From: Promethearchaeota archaeon
GTDB taxonomy: Archaea > Asgardarchaeota > Lokiarchaeia > Sigyniarchaeales > SOKP01
Reading direction: 5' to 3'
Assembly: GCA_048937405.1 (NCBI GenBank)
Contig: JBHLNF010000001.1
Coordinates: 480,001 to 544,000 of the forward strand
DNA: 64,000 bases
The first letter of the stretch is position 1, and each line of letters starts with the position of its first letter. The translations under genes and the position numbers were made by a program. The notes beneath the pieces are model-generated. The model ran no database searches and was not told where the DNA came from. It was given only the letters and a program-made list of their open reading frames with translations. Below are positions 58,692 through 64,000 of this stretch, one piece after another.

Positions 58692-61600
58692 TTATTCTTT
58701 CTTCACAATTTTTGGTTTAAATACAGAAGAGACCTCCCTTTTTCCCACTCTAGCTATTCCAATCAATTTATCAGCTAATAAAAATAGCGAATTAGAGGAT
58801 TTTGGCAGAAACATGAACAATTGAATTGGATTTTTCTCTAAAGTTGATTTAATTAATTGATACACCACTTCTGAATTCTTTTCATCTAAAAACATCCCTG
58901 GTTCATCAAGCATTGAAAGTGCGGAAGGCTTAATCTCTTGAAGAGATAATATCAGACAAATTGATACTAGTGAAACTTGACCTCCACTTAGAGCAGTAAA
59001 AGATTTTAATTGCTCTTTGGAAGTAGCAGCTTTAATCTCAACTCCCAAATCTTCAAAATTTCCAGTTAATTCAAGAGAACAATAAGATTTAATTTGTGAA
59101 TCCTTAAATTTTTGATTAACTTTCTCTTGCAGATTTTCAATTACAGTACTAAATTTATTGTAATAAGTTGTCTCCATTTTGTTTTCTGCTTTTATCGCCG
59201 CTTTAATATCTTTTTCTAAGTCTGTTTGATTTTTTGTAATTTTTTTGAGAGAATTCAAAATTTGGTCCTTTTCAATTAGAATTGAATCATCAACATCTAA
59301 ATATTTAAGGAGATCTTTGTCAATATCTGAAATATCTGCTTTAATATCTTCAATTGGACGAATTTTAATAATATCTTTCGAAATTAAAGGACCTACTTCA
59401 GAATTAATTCTGATTAAATCATTTTTTTTTAATTCAAGATCTTGATTATAAGAATTTAGTTTTATATTTTCTTGTTCAAAATTTAAAGTAATTTGAATAG
59501 ATTTTCTCTCTAATTCACTTTTTCTGTTTTGTAATCCTAATATCTCCCTTTTTATATCTGAAATTTCTTTTTTAGTAATCTCAAGTTTATCTTCAACATT
59601 CTCTAATTGGCGATATATATTAAAAGCAGTTTTATCCGCTTTTTGAAATGCTTCCTTCTTTGATTGAAAATCCTTTTGAAGTAAATTTTTATCATATGAT
59701 TGTTTGTTTATTTCCTCTCTCACTGCTTTTATAAGATCATTGTTTTCGCTAAATTTTTTATCCCATTTTTTCTTTTCTTCATTTAAAAGAGCTAACTCAC
59801 TTGGAATATCGGTCAATCTATCATTCCACTTAAAAAATTCTGGATCAGTCTGGGCTTTTAGAGAATTTATTTGCAGATCTAATTCTTTAATCTCAGTTTT
59901 AATATTTGAATTAGCTTTTTCTAATTCATGCATTTGATCATATAGTTGATTCTTTTTTGCTGTAATTCTTTGTTTCTGGTTAAAATTGTAGAGAAGATCA
60001 TTAAAAGATTCCTTCTTTTGAAATATTTCTTTTTGAATAGAATCTAACTTTGCTAGATTAACCCTCATCTCTGAAATTTTTTCATTTAATGTTTTAATTT
60101 CTAACTCTAAAACCTCGGATTGTTCTTTTTGTGTTCCAGCACTTAATAATCCTTTTAACCTCTTGAGATAGGGTGTTTCATAGACATAACTATAAGAAAT
60201 TATCTGTTCTCCTTTCAAAGTAACACATTTTCCTTTGAAATCATGGGTACTATAATATTTTCTTCCAGAATGATAATCAGTAGCAACAATACAATTCTTA
60301 ATCTTTGAGTAAATAACTTTTTTGATATCAATATCTTCATTGACAAATTCAATTAATTCTGCTAAATAACCAAGGATACCATTCGTAGATATTTTATTCA
60401 TTGGCTTAATATTGATATTTTTAGGAAGGTAGATATTGCAGTATGCACCAAATTTGTCTTTCAATCTTTTTAACAAGTTTAAAGTGTCCCAATCCTCAGC
60501 AACAAAACTATAAAGTAATTTTTCCCCAAGAACAGATTCAATAGCATAGCTTAAATCATCATCATATTTTAAATAGTCGATAATTGGACCTTTTACCTTT
60601 AAACCTCTTTTATTTATCTCATCCTTGAGAACTGTAATATTTGAAGGAAGAATGACACGACGCTCTCTAAGTGAAGTCTGTAATAATTTTAACTTTTTAA
60701 ATTTTTTTGAGAGTTCAATTTCAGTTCTTTTTAATTCAGAGTCAATTTCATAAATTGCTGTTGATGTCTTATTAAGTTCTCTCTCAAGCTGAACTTGTAA
60801 ATCCTTGCTTGGATTATCCAAGAACCATTCATTTTTTTCGAGTTTATGTTCAATATCTTTAAAGCTTTGAAACAATTGACTAATTTCATTATTATAAGCC
60901 TTGATTGCTTTGTCATTCTCTTGAATTAGCTTTAAGCTTTCTTTTTTCTTAGAATTTATTTGTTCATACTTTTCCAGTAAAGCTTTGTTTTGTTCTATTT
61001 TCTTTATTAATTGATTCTGTTCCGTTATCAATTTATCTATTTGTAATCCTTTACTTTTACTTTCGGCTTTTATTATTTTTATTTCATTTTCTAAACTTAC
61101 TTTCTGTTTTTCGAAATTATTGATTATTTTTTGAATTTCATTAATCCTATTTGATAAAGTGTCTAACTCTTGTTTGGCTTGGACTTTATCTTTTTGCCAA
61201 TTTTGAATTTTTTCAATTAAATCTTGTTTTTTATAGTCTAACTCGCCCAATTGTTTTGAAAGCTCATTTATGACTTGTTGTTTATCTATAATTTTATTAG
61301 ATAGAGCATTTATTTCTCTCTCTGAACCTTCTTTTAATTTTTTTATTCTCTCTAAATCTAATTTAACATTTGTAACTTTTTCTTCTATATCGATTATTTC
61401 TTTCTCTAATTTATCTTTATTGGCCCATAGTAATTCATCACTAAATTTCTTCTTAATATCTAATAATTTATTTTTTTGTTCTAAACGTTCTAATTTAGGA
61501 TTTAAGAGTTCCAAGCTAATATTTAATGTATTTTTCCTACTTTTCAATGAATGTAGATCGTTATTTAATTCATAAACACTTCTTTTCTGATGTACAATCT

Positions 61601-62159
61601 CTTCTCTCAAACCTTTTAATCCGATACCTTCCTCAAGGAAGGAACTTAATTGTGTTGGTTTTAAATTTTTTATTGAATCGATTTTTCCCTGACTTACAAA
61701 TGCAAATTGATTGTCTGGATTAATATTTAAATCAGAAATTAGCTTTTGGATTTCTTGGACTGTTTTTTTTTTAAATTCTATGTCATCCTTTCTCTTAAGT
61801 AAAAAGTATGGCGATTGTCCTCTGATAACAGCCCTTCTTAACTTGATTAATTCATCTTCATTTTGGATATGAATTTCTACCATTGCATGATTTTGACCAT
61901 TTCTAATAAAATCTGACCATTTTTTATATCGTTCATCTCGCTCATTACTTCCCAAAACAAATTTTATCGCTTGAAATATTGAGGTTTTGCCACTCCAATT
62001 TGGACCTACAATAATTACGAATTTAGATTTTCCAAAATCAACTTCATCTTTCTGGAAAGATAGAAAATTTTCCAAAATTACTTTCCAGATAAATATTTTT
62101 CCTTTTTCTGGTGAACCAATATTATTCTTTTTCGCATTTGTATGGGTTTGAGACGCCAA
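58692..62159 (-). CDS. smc: SMC-family ATPase, SMC5/6-like
   Basis: LENFLSF, Walker A GPNWSGKT, Q-loop NINPDNQFAFVSQ, long coiled coils, hinge GPI...AIESVLG, LSGGQ, Walker B MLDE. Confidence 0.92.
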   Translation of the reverse strand: MASQTHTNAKKNNIGSPEKGKIFIWKVILENFLSFQKDEVDFGKSKFVIIVGPNWSGKTSIFQAIKFVLGSNERDERYKKWSDFIRNGQNHAMVEIHIQNEDELIKLRRAVIRGQSPYFLLKRKDDIEFKKKTVQEIQKLISDLNINPDNQFAFVSQGKIDSIKNLKPTQLSSFLEEGIGLKGLREEIVHQKRSVYELNNDLHSLKSRKNTLNISLELLNPKLERLEQKNKLLDIKKKFSDELLWANKDKLEKEIIDIEEKVTNVKLDLERIKKLKEGSEREINALSNKIIDKQQVINELSKQLGELDYKKQDLIEKIQNWQKDKVQAKQELDTLSNRINEIQKIINNFEKQKVSLENEIKIIKAESKSKGLQIDKLITEQNQLIKKIEQNKALLEKYEQINSKKKESLKLIQENDKAIKAYNNEISQLFQSFKDIEHKLEKNEWFLDNPSKDLQVQLERELNKTSTAIYEIDSELKRTEIELSKKFKKLKLLQTSLRERRVILPSNITVLKDEINKRGLKVKGPIIDYLKYDDDLSYAIESVLGEKLLYSFVAEDWDTLNLLKRLKDKFGAYCNIYLPKNINIKPMNKISTNGILGYLAELIEFVNEDIDIKKVIYSKIKNCIVATDYHSGRKYYSTHDFKGKCVTLKGEQIISYSYVYETPYLKRLKGLLSAGTQKEQSEVLELEIKTLNEKISEMRVNLAKLDSIQKEIFQKKESFNDLLYNFNQKQRITAKKNQLYDQMHELEKANSNIKTEIKELDLQINSLKAQTDPEFFKWNDRLTDIPSELALLNEEKKKWDKKFSENNDLIKAVREEINKQSYDKNLLQKDFQSKKEAFQKADKTAFNIYRQLENVEDKLEITKKEISDIKREILGLQNRKSELERKSIQITLNFEQENIKLNSYNQDLELKKNDLIRINSEVGPLISKDIIKIRPIEDIKADISDIDKDLLKYLDVDDSILIEKDQILNSLKKITKNQTDLEKDIKAAIKAENKMETTYYNKFSTVIENLQEKVNQKFKDSQIKSYCSLELTGNFEDLGVEIKAATSKEQLKSFTALSGGQVSLVSICLILSLQEIKPSALSMLDEPGMFLDEKNSEVVYQLIKSTLEKNPIQLFMFLPKSSNSLFLLADKLIGIARVGKREVSSVFKPKIVKKE

Positions 62160-62181
62160 ATTAATCTTCTCCTATGTTGAT

Positions 62182-63432
62182 TTATTTACCAAATGCTTGT
62201 TTTATCAGATCTACTCTTTTTTTTGCTTTTTCTAAATTTATCTGAGCTCTAGGTGGAGAATCATTTAAAATGAATGAATACTTTGCAATCAATTTCATCT
62301 CACCTTCTTCTAATGGTTCTTTTTTTGCTAATTTATCAATTATTAATACAAGCTCAGTATAATATTTTGAAGCAGCATTCTCATATAATTGATTTAGCAT
62401 AAATTCTGAAATATTAGATTCTTGAATATTTTTAACAATTTCACTTACATCCTTGTAATTTTCAACCTCTAAAGAAATTTTTGGGGTAGCAAATTGTTTA
62501 TTTTCAATTTGTTCTTCATTTAATTCTGCTTTTACTTTATGATTTGAATTAGAATGAACAATATTAGGTATGTATTCACCTGATATTATTAAATCAATTA
62601 AAATATCTGTAATTTCATTACTTGTTTCATTTAATTCTGAATTTAAAAAATGTTTAAATATTCCAACCTTCAATAGTTGTTTTACATCTTTAACCTCCCA
62701 ATTTTCAGTGTAATTTACGATCTCATTTATATTAAAGACGATTTTACTGTTTTTTTCTAAAAAATCCCTTAATACTGTTTCTCGCTCTATTTTATTTATT
62801 AATGGGATTCTAATAAAAAGATCAAATATAGAATATAGCTTGTCTGATAAATTGCTAACATCTTGGATATTATAGTTTATCCATACCATAATTAAATTAG
62901 CATCAATAAATTTAAAATTATCCCTCTTCTTTTGCCTACTGTTCAAAAACTCTTCAAGTAAATTCTTCCCTTCCAATTTTTTTTTATTTATGTTTTGCTG
63001 ATTAATCAATAATATTCTTTTTTCGCCACCTTTATCAGACTTTATATTTTTAACTTCCTTGCTATTTTTATATAATAAATCTTTTCCAAAATCATCTATA
63101 ATTCGGATAAAATTTCTTAAAAATTCAATAGGATCTTTGTTGATTTCCTCTTCATCAATTTCAATTATATCTAAGTAATAATTCTTCGAAATTAGTTTTA
63201 AATAATCTAAAATATCCGTTCCAGGATTAGTATTAATTAAAATGGCTCCTTTTGGTTCTATATAACCATTTAACTTAGGATCGTCATGATTGGTTAGCAT
63301 AGCTTTGATAAAATTAATAATATCATTATATTTATCCCGATAGAAAATATCTTCCTTATTGATATCAATTTCTGTAGACGGAATTACTCGAAAATATTTC
63401 GAAAATTCGGGAATATCATCTAATTCTTTCAT
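62182..63432 (-). CDS. Degenerate (pseudo) classical AAA+ ATPase with a helical C-terminal domain
   Basis: IEPKGAILINTNPGTD (compare PKGVLLYGPPGTGKT), ILLINQ (compare IFIDE), FDLFIRIPLINKIERETVL and INEIVNYTENWEVKDVKQL (lid). Confidence 0.7.
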   Translation of the reverse strand: MKELDDIPEFSKYFRVIPSTEIDINKEDIFYRDKYNDIINFIKAMLTNHDDPKLNGYIEPKGAILINTNPGTDILDYLKLISKNYYLDIIEIDEEEINKDPIEFLRNFIRIIDDFGKDLLYKNSKEVKNIKSDKGGEKRILLINQQNINKKKLEGKNLLEEFLNSRQKKRDNFKFIDANLIMVWINYNIQDVSNLSDKLYSIFDLFIRIPLINKIERETVLRDFLEKNSKIVFNINEIVNYTENWEVKDVKQLLKVGIFKHFLNSELNETSNEITDILIDLIISGEYIPNIVHSNSNHKVKAELNEEQIENKQFATPKISLEVENYKDVSEIVKNIQESNISEFMLNQLYENAASKYYTELVLIIDKLAKKEPLEEGEMKLIAKYSFILNDSPPRAQINLEKAKKRVDLIKQAFGK

Positions 63433-63658
63433 TTATATTTTTCCTTTAATTCTTCCTTAATTTTATAAACATAATTTACATGACTTTTAACAAATATATA
63501 TTTAGCGGTAAGTATAGTTTTCGATAATTAAATCTCCGATAAAAACCATAAAACTTATAAGATCGTTTTTTGGGAGAAAGAAAATAAAAAAAAATTAAAA
63601 GCTGAAAGAAATTCTTCTATAATTCTCTTAATCTATGATTTGCATAAATAACTAAAAA

Positions 63659-64000
63659 TTATTTTTTTCCCCCATAAATTGTAAACATCCCATATTTATA
63701 ATGACAATCAACTTCAATAAATCCTACTTCCTTTAAATAATTTAATTGTATTTCTAATGGATCAAAATGATTTTCAGGTTTATTTGGTGCCTTATAAGGA
63801 GCATTTTCATACTTAGTTTGAGTGTTATTTTGATTTTGATATTTTTCAATCCATTCACTCCATAAATCAATATACCATTTAGTATATTTTTCATTATTAG
63901 AAGTTGTAACTTCAATATTTAGAAAGTATCCATTATAATTTAGTAAATCATATAGTATTTTGAAAATTTGTTTTTTTTGTTCCAAAAATAAATGGTGTAT
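63659..64000 (-). CDS. Class I SAM-dependent methyltransferase, C-terminal part (5' end outside the window)
   Basis: IYDLL..NGYFLNIE-like motif and LEIQLNYLKEVGFIEVDCHYKYGMF C-terminus. Confidence 0.75.
   Translation of the reverse strand: MHHLFLEQKKQIFKILYDLLNYNGYFLNIEVTTSNNEKYTKWYIDLWSEWIEKYQNQNNTQTKYENAPYKAPNKPENHFDPLEIQLNYLKEVGFIEVDCHYKYGMFTIYGGKK

Noticed and set aside
57499-63432. Wadjet/MksBEFG anti-plasmid system
   Set aside because: No TOPRIM JetD/MksG nuclease gene is present, the gene order differs, and the SMC head resembles SMC5/6 rather than JetC/MukB.

Overview
A very AT-rich archaeal chromosomal window. The gene set and protein style point to Asgard archaea, most likely Lokiarchaeia (inference from a Loki-CTERM-like tail, roadblock/longin proteins, SCP2 paralogs, a small GTPase, a Get3-like ATPase and intron-rich tRNAs). 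The core content is the archaeosine arcS + RaSEA pair, ahcY, dnaG, the rps19e-PDCD5-rpl39e-rpl31e-aIF6-rpl18a-pfdA-ftsY-secE cluster, yhbY-rnp4-nep1, thyA, tatD, a mutY-like gene and maf, interleaved with accessory metabolic and membrane genes. Highlights: (1) A four-gene operon encodes an SMC5/6-like ATPase, a kleisin-like and a KITE-like protein, headed by a classical-type AAA+ protein with all catalytic motifs degenerate. (2) At three independent sites accessory genes sit between a gene and a displaced, diverged copy of that gene's own 3' end, with no integrase nearby. (3) Three tRNA genes carry 2, 2 and 3 non-canonical bulge-helix-bulge introns. (4) An ORF has an in-frame TGA followed by a eukaryote-type SECIS-like hairpin, but also a possible 5' frameshift. 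(5) There are two free-standing endonuclease genes. (6) Several genes were missed by the ORF track: rpl39e, a partial RaSEA, a 206-aa ATA-start ORF, a 54-aa ORF and a nonsense-broken pseudogene. No CRISPR array, rRNA or transposase was seen.
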